Notes: generated from the letters alone by a model not told the origin. A stretch of 64,000 bases of DNA from Octopus sinensis (GCF_006345805.1 NC_043008.1:19840001-19904000); one strand, 5' to 3'. Shown: positions 14,500 through 27,569, numbered from the stretch's first letter. Program-made: numbers and translations.

Positions 14500-16200
14500 C
14501 ATTGTAGGCCACCATCTTGAAATTAAACACAAAGAGGGATTGTATTATCACCGATAGTATTCAGTATCGCAAAGACATATTTCAAAAATACAGCCTCTCT
14601 ATGTAAACCCATTATCATTCATTTTAAGGAAGTCTGAAGGATACCTCACTGGTTCACAATGAAACAGAAATACGAAAATTACTCGCTGTTTCTTTGGGTA
14701 TGACTCAAGACTTTATGCAAAGAATATGCATGAGGTGAAAACGACCTCTGACCTAGTTACAACATTCTCAAAGGATGTAGGGTTTAGTTCGGTCAGGATA
14801 AATGTTGTTATATGGTTGTGAAAAGGGGGAAAACTATAAACCAGACTAGTAACTATAAACTATAAACCAGACTATTTTGACTATTACAAGTATCTAGGGG
14901 TGGATGAAAATATATCTTACAATGGCACCTGTATAAAACACGTCCCTAAAGAATATTACAGCCGAATAAAGAAAACCTGGATCTCAGAACTCCCTGCAAT
15001 CAATAAAACAGTGGCCTATAATGTGTTTGCAATGCCGGTCCTCATACCGACATATGGGCTGCTTGACTAGATGTTTGATGGTATCCGAGCCATTGATGTG
15101 AAACCTGAAAAATACTAACAAACACACATAATTTCTACATAAACAGTGATGTATACCGCCTCTACCTAAAACGAAAACCAGGTGGCAGAGGCTTAAAATC
15201 GATCCAAAATGCATTTGAATATCGCATCATATTCCTTCGGCAACATCTTTTAACCACCAAGTGTCGAAGTGCATCTCTTGACCAAGTTTACATCATAGGA
15301 CTTGGAAGGCAGCTTCTTGAGCAAACTTCCTTGTTTGATAGCCTTAAATACATTCCCAAAGAAGTCGCACGACTCTACCGCAACGTATCATCAGATGAAA
15401 GGATGAGTCTATATGAGCAGAAGACTATGCATGGACATGTTAGTAGTATGTTCCGTGATGATAGTAACATCGATCATCAAAGCAGTCTATCATGGGCCAA
15501 TAGCCGGCTCGTAACCTCCCACTTTGAAAGGTATGCATTTACAATCCGGAAACAGGAAATATCAACCAAGTACCTGATGCACAAAAGGGATAGAGATGCA
15601 GGAAAAGCCGTAAAATGTGACAACCGATGCAGACTTGTGGAGTTCACACTGAAGATATAATCGTCATCATAAGCATCTGTCTAAAAATGCTATCGCGATA
15701 TTATCTACCATTGAGATATAATGTAGATAGGACACTCTATAATGAAATCCGTCGGAAGGATAATCCCAAGGCCAAAGAAATAAGAACCTGCAATATGATA
15801 GAATCCGTAGAAAATCATAATAAAATGGAATACTCATGGAATTTAAGAGTGAATACCTCAATAAAATGTAAGCAAAACAGACGTGATATTATTTGAGATA
15901 TAGAAGAGAACCTGTGCACATTTGAGGAAATTAGCTAAAGAAGAGAGAAAAAGAGAAAACCCTATGCTGAACTATTGAGACATCTGCAGTTACTCTATCC
16001 AGATTACAAGTTCAGGTTTATACCTGTAATTATTGGGGCCCTGGGATATATAACACACTGCCTACATACCAATACCAAGAAATTAGGCTTCTCAAAACCA
16101 GAAAGGAGAAAGCTAATTCGAAGACTACAGATTCAATTAATCACAGGAATTGTATAAATCTGTAAGAAACTTCCAGAAGTTTATCATTTAAATATATATG
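14500..16200 (+). mobile_element. R4/Dong-like (restriction-like endonuclease) non-LTR retrotransposon, 5'-truncated and frameshifted
   Basis: Fragments: ITDSIQYRKDIFQKYSLS (degenerate RT RGIFQGDSLS region), YKYLGVDEN, EYYSRIKKTWISELPAINKTVAYNVFAMPVL, QKTMHG, decayed CCHC finger (NRCRL...EDII..ISIC), and C-terminal FIPVIIGALG typical of R4-clade elements. Confidence 0.8.
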
Positions 16201-16307
16201 AGCATGTCTAGGCAAGCAACTATATGCATGAGAATATATACAAAAAAATTTGCACGTACATACATACATACATATATGTGTGTATATATATACGTGTATA
16301 TATATAT

Positions 16308-16355
<48 letters not shown>

Positions 16356-16388
16356 ATATTATATATATATATATATTCATGCATAATG

Positions 16389-16792
16389 ACGGCGAGGTGT
16401 CAGAATCCTTCGCGCGCCGGGCGAAATGCTTAGCGGTATTTCGTCTGTCGTTACGTTCTGAGTTCAAATTCCGCCGAGGTCGACTTTGCCTTTCATCCTT
16501 TCGGGGTCGATAAATTAAGAACCAGTTACGCACTGGGGTCGATATAATCGACTTAATCCGTTTGTCTGTTCTTGTTTTTCTTCTGTGTGTTTAGATCCTT
16601 CTGGGTAGTAAAAAATAGGTATTTCGTCTGCTGTTACGTTCTCAGTTCAAATTCCGCCGAGGTCGATTTTGCATTTCATCCTTTCGGAGTCGATTAAAAA
16701 AGTGTAACAGTTGCGCACTGGGGTCGATATAATCAACTGAATCTCTTTGGCTGTCTTTGTTTGTCCCCTCAATGTTTAGCCCTTTGTGCGCC
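16389..16792 (+). mobile_element. SINE family A dimer (full unit plus 5'-truncated unit)
   Basis: Second unit begins at ggtatttcgtc (16618), directly after the tail gggtagtaaaaaata. Confidence 0.9.
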
Positions 16793-16825
<33 letters not shown>

Positions 16826-17010
16826 ATCATTATTTTTATTATTAGATATACGCTCAAAAGTTTGGATTGTGGAAAAGTGAAATTGCTGACATCGTGCTAC
16901 AGTAATTAACTTTAGATGCCAAGAAACCTCCTAAGTATATAAGCTGTCTCTAATAATGTTTTCTAGATCTGTACTAAACTGAATTTTACGCCTATTATTA
17001 TTAGTTTCTT

Positions 17011-17333
17011 TTGCAAGCCATTAAAGTGACACTGGAATAAAGTATACGAAGCCCAGTATATCCATAATGACTACGCATCTGATAAGGGTACAGCAGGCAC
17101 ATGCATCACGACCATATGTGCGCGACATGGTGATCTCATATCAAGATAAACAGCACATTACCTTGCAGGTGGGGCCCAGTTAGAATTTACTTCTGGTCGA
17201 GTAACCCATCCCACTCAAAAGGTATATGAATAAGGGTTGTTTAAGGATGTTGAAAGAAACACCCATGTTTCCTTAGGTGAATTATTCAAACTCCAAAGAA
17301 TCCCTCTCAACACACGGCTATGATGCTCCCCCG
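17011..17333. mobile_element. Truncated copy of the (ATT)n-associated element (family E)
   Basis: Colinear with 42480-42800 (aaagtgacactgg...tatacgaagcccagtata...aagaatccctctcaacac...tgatgctccc); (ATT)n on both sides. Confidence 0.9.
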
Positions 17334-17346
17334 ATTATTATTATTA

Positions 17347-17415
<69 letters not shown>

Positions 17416-17920
17416 TATAATTATTATTATTGATTTGCATAGGCGTAGCTTCACTAACAACCTGTTGTTACAACTCCATATACATATGATTCCATTTCTG
17501 ATGCTGCGTGGATGTTATAAGGAGATTTACCAGCACTTAATTATACGAACATAGCATCCTATAGGAGAAACCGCTGTAAAGTAATGGAATTTATGACATA
17601 ATCTTTCATTTATTTAATTATTTTTGGTACCTTACGGAATAGTACATTGGCTATAATATTATGGTTATTCAGCAGATGGAATTCTTTATTCATATGTGTA
17701 CATACAGATACAAGAAGCCTTCCATTTCATTTCATTTTCTTGGAGTACCACCATTTTCCTGGATAAGCTTATTGTTCTTATCAATATATATATACATATA
17801 TATATACATACATATATATATACATACATACATATATACATACATACATATATATATACATACATACATATATACATACATACATAATATATATATACAT
17901 ATATATACATATACATATAT

Positions 17921-17959
<39 letters not shown>

Positions 17960-17962
<3 letters not shown>

Positions 17963-20022
17963 TTTGATTTTGATTTTGATTTTGATTTTTCCAGTTTCAG
18001 CTAATGATCTGTGGCCATGCTGGGGCACCGCCATTTGGTTTGCTACACGATTTTACCTCACGGATGCTTTTTAGCAAACGCCATCTGATGCTTGAGAGCG
18101 TTCGATGCAGCTGCCCTCATGTGCACCTCCTGCTGTGAAGTTGGTTCATCCGGGACACCTGACAGGAAGAGATCCAGTCCTACTTTAAAGACATCCGCAT
18201 CTACACCATGCAGGTCCCTCAGGTTCTTCGGGAGGATATTGAAGAGCTGTGGGCCTCTGAAGCCCAGGCTATCACAATATCATGTCCTACATCTTGATGG
18301 CAAATTTGGAGTCCTTGGTACTACGCAGTGGCGTCCGGTTCTGGCATTTGTGTGACTCTCGATACCAAAGTCTGGGACAAGTCCTTCCAGGATCTTCCAG
18401 ATATATATTATGGCATATCTTTCTCGCCTACTCTCCAGGGAATAGAGCTTTAATCTCTTGAGTCTTTCCCAGTAGCTCATATGCTGCACAGAGGCTATCT
18501 TCTTCGTGTAGCTTCGTTGGATCGCCTCAAGTTCTGTGATCAACTTGACACTGGATGGTGACCATAGCTGAGAGTAATAGTCAAAGTGGCTTAGGACAAG
18601 TGTCTTCCAGAGGACCATCATGGTTTCTTGTTCTCTTGTTCTAAAGGTTCTAAGAATCCAGCCAGCCAGCCGTCAACATTTCATTGCCAGTTTAGCAACA
18701 TGTACATGAAAGGTCGCGTCATCACTCATGTGAATACCCAGGTCACGCACTGATTGTGCCTCTGGGATTGCAATCCCTCCGGGTCCAGTGTATTCATTGG
18801 GTATTGCATTCAGTTTTGCATGCTGATAGTATAAAGCTTGAAACTTTTCAGCATTGAACTGTATGCTATTCTTTTCAGCCCACTTGTATATTTCGTCCAG
18901 CTCACATTGCAGGTGCTTAGTGTCTTTAGGGTTCTGTATTGCCTGTGCAACTTTTGTATCATCTGCATAACTTGTGATTGTGGCTCTCTGCGTGGCTGAG
19001 GACATGTCTGAGAGGGCCATTATGAACAGTAGTGGTCCGAAAACAGTGCCCTGCGGAACACCGCTCATTATTTGCGTGTTAATGGATGTGGCCCATTGGC
19101 TGCTACCACCTGACTTCTATTCTTCAGAAAGTCATGAAGCCATTCTCCCAATTTTCCAACTATGCCAAGATCACGCAGTTTGTGACATATCATTCCATGA
19201 TCGACTTTATCAAAAGCCTTTGCAAAGTCGAGATATATCACTTCCACATTTGAGTGGTTGAGTAGTTGTTTCAGCACCCAGTCATAGTGTTGTAGGAGCT
19301 GAGTTAAGCAGCTTCTTCCTGGTCGGAAACCATGTTGGGTGTCAGGCAGCAAGTCATTTTCTTCAAGGAAGGTGATTAGTTCCCTTCTGACTATTCGTTC
19401 CATGACCTTGCTGATGTGTGAGGTGAGAGAGATAGGTCTGTAGTTCTTGGCTTCCGCTCTGCTACCTCCTTTATGAATAGGGCATATTTTACCTTCCTTC
19501 AGTTTTCTTGGAAGTTTGCCAGCTGCAAGGAAGCTCTGAAAGAGGAACTGCAGTGGTCTTGCTAGGACTCTCTTACATACTTTTAGGAGGATTGCCGGGA
19601 ATCCATCGGGGCCAATAGCTGAATCTGTTTTCATTTCATCTATAGCCTTTATTACATCGTCTTCCTTTATATCGATGCAATTTATCGTCGCCGCCTCTGA
19701 TTTTATATCTGCAGTGGTAAAGAAGTCAGTTGGATTGCTGATTTGGAAATGCCCAAGGGGTGGAGTGAAAACACTCTTGAATTGCTCATTCAGTATTTCA
19801 CTTACCCTCATTGGTTTTCCTGTGAGTGTGCCATCCTTTTCAAGGAGTGGCCCTATCCTACAGTGCACCGTAGCTGTTTCTTTGGCATACCTGTAGAAAG
19901 CTCTGGGGTTAGTTTTTATGTTGTCTATAGCCCAGGCTTCTTTGTCTGCTCTTTCCTTTTCATGGGTGAGTTGCAGACATTTTTCAATTTCCAACAGTTT
20001 TATTTTCAGGCGGGACTTTTCA
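17960..20022 (-). mobile_element. CR1/L2-group LINE, 5'-truncated, frameshifted ORF2 (RT and C-terminus)
   Basis: ORFs 19068-20072, 18673-19068, 18280-18621: NYRPISLTSHISKVMER, QHGFRPGRSCLTQL, VIYLDFAKAFDKVDH, SGVPQGTVFGPLLF, YADD, VRDLG; 3' UTR ggcggtgccccagcatggcc and (AAAATC)n tail. Confidence 0.95.
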
Positions 20023-20149
20023 CTGGGAAATAAATCAATATGGAAATATAGTACGTACTCGGATAAAGACATTAATCTGTAAATATTTTTCTTTTCAAGA
20101 AGTTTAATATATGCAAACTTATCCCCGAGTTGAGGGTCTCTAAATCCTA

Positions 20150-20233
<84 letters not shown>

Positions 20234-21244
20234 ATATATATATATATATTTATGTATATATATATTCTTTTATTCTTTTATATGCTTCAGCCTTGAAAAT
20301 GCGGCCATACTGGGAAATTTTATATGACTATTCTATTGTGTTTTTGTATGAATGTTGGTGTTTTCAATGACACATTGATCAAATGGAAAGATTACAAATT
20401 GTGGTAGCAGTTGATTTGCGCATGATACACAAGGGTATCATACAGTCTTCTGGGAATGCAATCTGCCATCGGCGCAGAGTGCATCTGCGTCTGAGCGATA
20501 ATCCCGTGGATCCTATATAGTTTTGGTGGCAGCCCGAGCATCTTATAACAGAAATCAGAGTTTCTGAGGCACAGGTAACGTTAGATTTCATTTTGAATGT
20601 ATTTCCCTCTTTGAAAAGAGGATAGTACCAGACGTGTAACGCAAATCGGCATTGAAACCTTAATAAATGTTCAACACAGCAACACACCTTCCTTTCCCTT
20701 CCATGATCCCTACTCTAATTACTCATCCCTCAACCACACTGTTATTTAAATTTTGTTTCTTTCGGATATAAGCCACAAAGAAAATAATAAAACAATGACT
20801 GTAAGACGCTCGATGTGACAGCGAACATTACGTACAATTTCATCTCGACTTTCTGCGTCAACTGGCATATATATATATATATATAATGCATTAAAGAGGA
20901 GTAGATTGTTCCATAGTTTCTGAAGTCACCAGTGATTAGTTTTTGCTAGAATTACTTAGGTTGGATTATGCAGAAATACATATCTTATTATAAGAAAATA
21001 ATCCGGACGTTCTATTTTACTGGAAATATATTAATATTGGGGTGTCGTCTTTCGCGGATGCTCCATAAGCGTGGGCTCACTGACCTCAATACTTTATTAT
21101 AGTTAAACACCTTCTGGGAAATAAATCAATATGGAAATATAGTACGTACTCGGATAAAGACATTAATCTTTAAATATTTTTCTTTTCAAGAAGTTTAATA
21201 TATGCAAACTTATCCCCGAGTTGACGGTCTCTAAATCCTAATCT
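20023..21244 (+). repeat. 131-bp direct repeat pair (20023-20153 and 21114-21244)
   Basis: ctgggaaataaatcaatatgg...ctaaatcctaatct occurs twice; two substitutions seen. Confidence 0.95.
20320..20780 (-). mobile_element. Penelope-like element relic (GIY-YIG endonuclease fragment)
   Basis: FKMKSNVTCASETLISVIRCSGCHQNYIGSTGLSLRRR parallels FKIKTNFSCSSENLIYVLTCAGCQHNYVRQTSLPLRKR at 41.1-41.5 kb. Confidence 0.8.
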
Positions 21245-21299
21245 TTATAATCCCTCTGTTGCCACTGTACTGCATAGTTATACGACCTGATTTGTTCAA

Positions 21300-21463
21300 A
21301 ATATAACTATATATTGATTGATGAGCCAAAGAGTAGCCTAAAATAAATTAGCACATGCTTTGACATACTACCGGTACGAAACTTGGTGCTGATAGGTTTA
21401 TCCCTTTGTGAATTAGACCTGTAATATGAGACGATAATGTACATATTCTTAACCGCCTCCACA

Positions 21464-21495
<32 letters not shown>

Positions 21496-21520
21496 ACACA
21501 CACACACACACAAGTATGTG
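21300..21520 (-). mobile_element. Possible non-autonomous Helitron-like fragment
   Basis: (GT)n/ctgt microsatellite followed by aaacctatcagcaccaagtttcgtac, resembling 5' regions of non-autonomous Helitron/HINE elements; no 3' hairpin-CTAG found. Confidence 0.3.
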
Positions 21521-21823
21521 TGTGTATGTTAATGATCCTTGATATATGTAAAATATGCACATATATACGGTTTAAGCTATGCACATATCTTACGTCGTAA
21601 GATTATTTAGATACACAAACAAGTATAATGAGAGAGATACAAATGTAATAAAAACATAATTAAATGATTATTTCAGACCATTTTCACCATCTTTTTCAAT
21701 TACTACTTCCCATTTGCTTGGCAGACGGTAAGACCGTCATTTAAAGATGTTTTTGTTAAATATTGTTATTGTTTTTGTTGAATAAAATTTGTTGACAAAA
21801 ACCTGTAATTATTATCCACAAAA

Positions 21824-21895
<72 letters not shown>

Positions 21896-22049
21896 GAGAG
21901 GGCATTATTACACATAAATGCCTCACGCTAAGAGGGACATCAGTCATTTCTACCAAAAATTTTACTAATCATACCCAATGCAATTTTTCAAAGCAAGACA
22001 TTAAAAAATGAATTTAGTCTTATATCACCTGTGATTTCGCACTTACCGC

Positions 22050-22144
22050 AGAATATATATATATATATGTATATATGTATATGTATGCATATAAGTATAT
22101 ATATACATATATATATTATATATTATATATATATATATATATAT

Positions 22145-22189
<45 letters not shown>

Positions 22190-22217
22190 TATATTATATA
22201 TACATATATATATATAC

Positions 22218-22311
<94 letters not shown>

Positions 22312-22322
22312 ATATATATATA
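22050..22322. repeat. Long interrupted (TA)n tract
   Basis: Direct inspection. Confidence 0.95.
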
Positions 22323-22757
22323 GCTCTGTGTTTGTATACATCTATTCAAAGAAAGTTCGGCTATTGTTGTGCTGCAGAGATGCACGCTTCTCATTTCTTT
22401 GGCACTAGCACCGAGGCAATGTTTTCCGCATCTACCAAAGACAAATAACCTAAAGTTGGGCAGTAATACTCTCACGCACACGTGGATAAAAGACCGTTCC
22501 TTGCGAATCTGAGGCAAGTATACGTTCTTGGGTGTTTTAATGGAGATCCGCATGAATACATTTAAAACATAATCTCCTTCCTCTCTTCCACAAAAATCAC
22601 TCTTACTTATTATCGCTTTTATTCTCTACCAAGCACACTTTTATGTTTATCACATAGTATGGATAATGGTTTACTTAGAGGAGGAAGGCGCGTTTTCAAC
22701 AGTGATTACTATAGTAAAGGGGAGGGGATAAAGTTATGCCCAAAATATGGATAGATT

Positions 22758-22958
22758 GGCGTAGGAGTGGCTGTGTGGCAAACAGCTTGCTTACGAACCA
22801 CATGGTTCTCGGTTGAGTCCCAATGCGTGGCACTTTGGGCAAGTGTCTTCTACTATACCCTCGGGCCGACCAAAGCCTTGTGAGTGGATTTGGTAGACGG
22901 AAACTGAAAGAAGCCCATCGTATATATGTATATATATATATATAATATATATATATAC

Positions 22959-23002
<44 letters not shown>

Positions 23003-23215
23003 TTTTGTATGTCTGTGATTGTCCCCCTAACGTCGCTTGACAACAGATGTTGGTGTGTTTACGTCCCTGTAACCTAGCTGTTCGGTAAAAGGAACCGATA
23101 GAATAAGTACTAGGCTTACAAATAATATTTCCTGGGGTCGATTTGCTCGACTAAAGGCTGTGCTCCAGTATGGCCACAGTCAAATAACTGAAACAAGTAA
23201 ACGAGAACGAGAAAA
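22758..23215 (+). mobile_element. SINE family B, full length
   Basis: ggcgtaggagtggctgtgtgg...gggcaagtgtcttctac...internal (TA)n(GT)n...gctgtgctccagtatggccacagtcaaataactgaaac. Confidence 0.92.
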
Positions 23216-23921
23216 AAAGACAGACCCAAAATGATTTTCCTAAAGAATAACTGTTCTGAAAAAAAAGAAAACATCGTACACTTCCTTTATTTCATGTTTT
23301 CCCTTTACGGACGAATCCTTCCTTTTTAAAACCCTAAAACATTACGTGATGGTAATTATTATAGTAAATATATAATTTGTCGTACTTCCCTGATGTACAA
23401 TAAAGAGTTGTAGCAAACTTGTATCCACGTGTAAGGTGTAAGAATTGATACGATAATAAAATAATTCGATGAATATATTACATGTACCAGGGAATTAGGT
23501 ACGTGTCGATTTAATTGACTTTAGAGAAACTATCAAACACTGTCCTGCTAATGATGTGTTATCTGCTTATTTTCTCTACAACCACCAAATTTCTATAGCT
23601 AATTAATTTTCAACAGCGAATTAGGTTCGGGAAATGAACTTAACAATAATAATTGATTGCTGTTTTAAGTAGACATGTTTTCACACTGTTTTCACAGACC
23701 ACAGAATATACGGCCTCCATTTGCTGAGAAAATGGACTTGCAATTCTTGCTGAGAGAGATGTTCTATTGAGGATACTTGTTAAAATTTACAATATTCTGA
23801 TGGATTCAAACAAACTTATCAATGGAGATGGAAAGTGTTAACAGATTCTATGATCGAACATATACACACATATGAATACACACGCACACATACACGCACA
23901 CACGCAGACAAACACACATTC

Positions 23922-24080
23922 GGCGCGGCTGCGTGGTAAGAAGTTTGCTTTCCATCCACATGATTCAAGTTCAACCCCACTGCGTGGAATCTTGAGCTCG
24001 TATCTTCTAGTATAGTCTCGGTCCGACCAAAGTCTTGTGATTGATTTCTTATACAGAGACTGAGAGAAGCCCGTCGTATA
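23922..24080 (+). mobile_element. SINE family B, 5' half
   Basis: Head and core up to gaagcccgtcgtata, then an expanded (TA)n tract. Confidence 0.8.
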
Positions 24081-24112
24081 TATATATCTATATCTATGTA
24101 TATATATATATG

Positions 24113-24166
<54 letters not shown>

Positions 24167-24172
24167 GTATAA

Positions 24173-24225
<53 letters not shown>

Positions 24226-24429
24226 TATGTATATATATATATAATTCACAAAAAATTATTTACGAAGGCGTCATTTATTCTTTTATTATCCATGAGAGGT
24301 TTAGTTTACTGGTGATCTAAACGAATAAGTACGCTGTGTCATTTTATAATTGATCATCTGTTAGTCTGTTAGGTTGCAAGTTCACAGCTGAAGCTGCAGC
24401 TAGGGGTCTTATACATATGAACCGAGTTG

Positions 24430-24664
24430 GCGGAAGGCAGCGAGCTGGCAGAAACGTTAGCACGCCGGCGAAATGCTTAGTGGTATTTCGTCTGCCGTTA
24501 CGTTCTGAGTTCAAATTCCGCCGAGGTCGACTTTGCCTTTCATCCTTTAGGGGTCGATTAAATAAGTACCAGTGACGCACTGGGGTCGATGTAATCGACG
24601 TAATCCCTTTGTCTGTCCTTGTTTGTCCCCTCTATGTTTAGCCCTTTGTGGATAATAAAAAATA
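24430..24664 (+). mobile_element. SINE family A with target-site duplication
   Basis: Near-consensus copy flanked by catat(g/c)aaccgagttg on both sides. Confidence 0.93.
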
Positions 24665-25011
24665 CATATCAACCGAGTTGATATGTATAAGGAAAGTAAG
24701 GCAATGTAGAAAATGCTAAAGTAATTTTTTCGTGATGGACATTTTAGTACCTTTGCAACTTTTTCAACTTACAATAAAGCATGAAAAACCATTAAATTGT
24801 GGAAGAATTAAATGAAATGTTATAAAAAATATTTCCATAGTTTTCAAATGCAAGGGATATTTTCCTTTTTTCTGTCTGTCGCTGTTTTTTTTGTTTTTTT
24901 CCTTACTCTTGTGTGTTCTAGGTAGTTAGCAGCAGCTAGTGTGATGTGAATTCTTGCCTTTGATTGTTTAAGCAGCAGTAGTAGAAAGAGTAGGTGGAGA
25001 AGAAGAATAAA

Positions 25012-25122
25012 GAAGAAGAAGAAGAAGAAGAAGAAGAAGAAGAAGAAGAAGAAGAAGAAGAAGAAGAAGAAGAAGAAGAAGAAGAAGAAGAAGAAGAAGA
25101 AGAAGAAGAAGGAGAAGAAGAA
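25012..25122 (+). repeat. (GAA)n microsatellite, about 33 uninterrupted units
   Basis: Direct inspection; source of the poly-E, poly-S and poly-L ORFs. Confidence 0.95.
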
Positions 25123-26169
25123 TGCGGGAGTGGCATGATAGTAGCTGCATGTTGGTGGAATCCTCTTAAATGGTCAAGTGTCCTAAATTGATCCGTTGTG
25201 ATAGGAATATTAGTGATTGGAATTGTTCTGTATAAATTTACGTGAAGTGATTGTTTTGAATATATCGTATTTAATATTTGCGTGTGTGTTATTCCAAGGC
25301 CCTGACGGTAGTGTCATTTGTGGCGGATGCATTCGAAAGGGGCTCATATTTAGTGAGGAAGAATGACTCTTTATCACTGCGCTGATAACACGTTGTATCG
25401 TCTCTGAATTGATAGAGAAGAATATATATATATATATATATATATTGTACTAAACTACTAATCCATTCTTGTTGCTTTTTTCTTGGTTATATTTATATAT
25501 ACATATATATATATATATGTATATATTTATTTATATATATAGAGAGAAAGAGGGGGGAGAGAGACAGACTGACAGACAGAGAGTGAGAGAGAGTTAGAAT
25601 GAGAAAGAATGAGAGAGATAAAATGACAGAAAATATCGATAAATAAATAAATATATTAGTTTCAACCAAGGTCAGTATTCTGGTCTTTCCTTATCAATCT
25701 AAGCCTTTCTGCATCAAATGGTTGGAAATTTGGAAGGATATCATTCGATCCTCCAATCTAGATGTAAGTGCCATTCTGAACTTCATATATTCACTATGAA
25801 TATAAAACAGTTAATGATAGTTAAAATTGAGGAAATTTTTGTGTTCGGCGTCCAGACAGAAGACAAGACGCAATTTGTGTGATCATCTCTCATTATCAAA
25901 GTTCTTATGTTCACTTGTGCACAGCTTTCTGCCTTCTTCAAACATGAAATTTAGCTATCTCATTTAACAAAAATTGTCACAACATTGTTAGATTGAGGAG
26001 GCATCGACTTGAATATATGAGTTCGCTATGATTATAGGCTTTTAACTAATACAGACAAATTAATATTGTTGCGCTACCAAAGAACGACTCTTTAGACTGT
26101 GATGGAAGACGAATACTTCTCAATAATATAATATAATTTTGGATTTAGGCCTCTTGAACACGTAGTTTC

Positions 26170-26460
26170 TATACATTTGGGAAAACCATGAAGTGGGTCT
26201 GGTGAGCGGTTACGTAAAGATGTACGTCGTGTGGGTGCGCGTGTGTGTATCTATGTGTATTCTATTATTTATGTTTGTCTCTCAGCATTTTTGAGGACCG
26301 GCGTTAGTTTGTTTGCGTCTCCGTAATTTTGGGGTTTGTCAAAAGAGGACGATAGAATACGTTCCAGGTTTCAAAAAGTAAGAAGCAGGGTTGAATTGTT
26401 CAACTAAACTTTTCAAGATCTAGCCCCAGCGTATCAGCGGTGCAATGACTGGAATATTTA
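26170..26460 (+). mobile_element. SINE family B, old and highly degenerate
   Basis: Remnants gtttgtttgcgtctccgtaa...aaagaggacgatagaatac...ccccagcgtatcag...atgactggaa. Confidence 0.5.
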
Positions 26461-26827
26461 AAAGAAATAAGGCAAATCCATTAGTGTTCACATGGTATGA
26501 AGACGAATGCAGCTTAGTTTCACCTACACTTAACTTACAATTCATAACGAACATACCCATGAATACTTTCAGTAGTCCCTTTCTTAAATCTCTCTACATA
26601 TACAGTTTCAGAAGTAAGGGACGTTTTATGTTATGATAACGATTGAACTAGAAACTCTTGAACCATGAATTCGTATGCATTTTATAATTTGGAATATCGC
26701 TGACAGATCTGACATACCATAGAACTGCAGACACTTCCTTGCTAACAAACCCCGAACCAAACAGTGACAGTTATTACTCCAATATCAAAACCGTTCACTG
26801 AGCGTCCTCACCAATGAAAAGAGCAGG

Positions 26828-26860
<33 letters not shown>

Positions 26861-26873
26861 ATACACACATATA

Positions 26874-26946
26874 ATGGTGGTGCCCCAGCATGGCCACAGC
26901 TCGTGGGCTGAAACTAGATAAAATGAAAATGAATAAAATGAAAATA
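26874..26946 (+). mobile_element. 3'-terminal stub of the CR1-type LINE
   Basis: tggtggtgccccagcatggccacagctcgtgggctgaaactagataaaatgaaaatg is the LINE 3' UTR plus a simple-repeat tail, inside a (TA)n tract. Confidence 0.75.
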
Positions 26947-27569
26947 CCTTATATATATATATATACACACATATAATGATTAATTAAATAGAAATATTGA
27001 CGTTATGAATTTAATCCCGTCATTCTGATCGTAAAAAAAGTGTAATCTGTCTAGCGAATAGAAATGCCATAAGCGAACGTATCATTATTTATATTTAAAT
27101 ATTGATTTCTGTCAACTCTACAAAAAAATTGAAATAAACTGTTAGATATATTCGAATATTTATATTATTTCATATGTAATAAGTTTTAAAATAATTATGC
27201 CAATTTATTTTTTTCTTTTCGAAGTTTAAGCTGAAAAAATACACTTCGAAGACAGATATATGGAAACTGAATATTGCGAAATTTATGATAGATAACAAAA
27301 CAAAACAAAACAATAACATGGAATTTCTTATTTAATAACCATGCATGAGAGCCAAACACTGGGTAACATATTTGAAATAGCTGCGTTCCTGAAATAATTT
27401 CGTCAAATAAATATGTTACATACACACAAAGATGAGATTAATAATATAAATAGTTGCATGGATATATCTTCACACATAATGTACACATTTGCATAGAGAT
27501 TTGTCTATAGATAATAGATTATAGAATATAGAAACATGGAAGTGAGTTCAGTTCTGCGCGCCTGTTTTT

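Noticed and set aside
19068-20072. First ~15 codons of the 334-aa ORF (MSLSEYVLYFHIDLF)
   Set aside because: They come from the 131-bp flank duplication, not from the LINE; the ATG is fortuitous.
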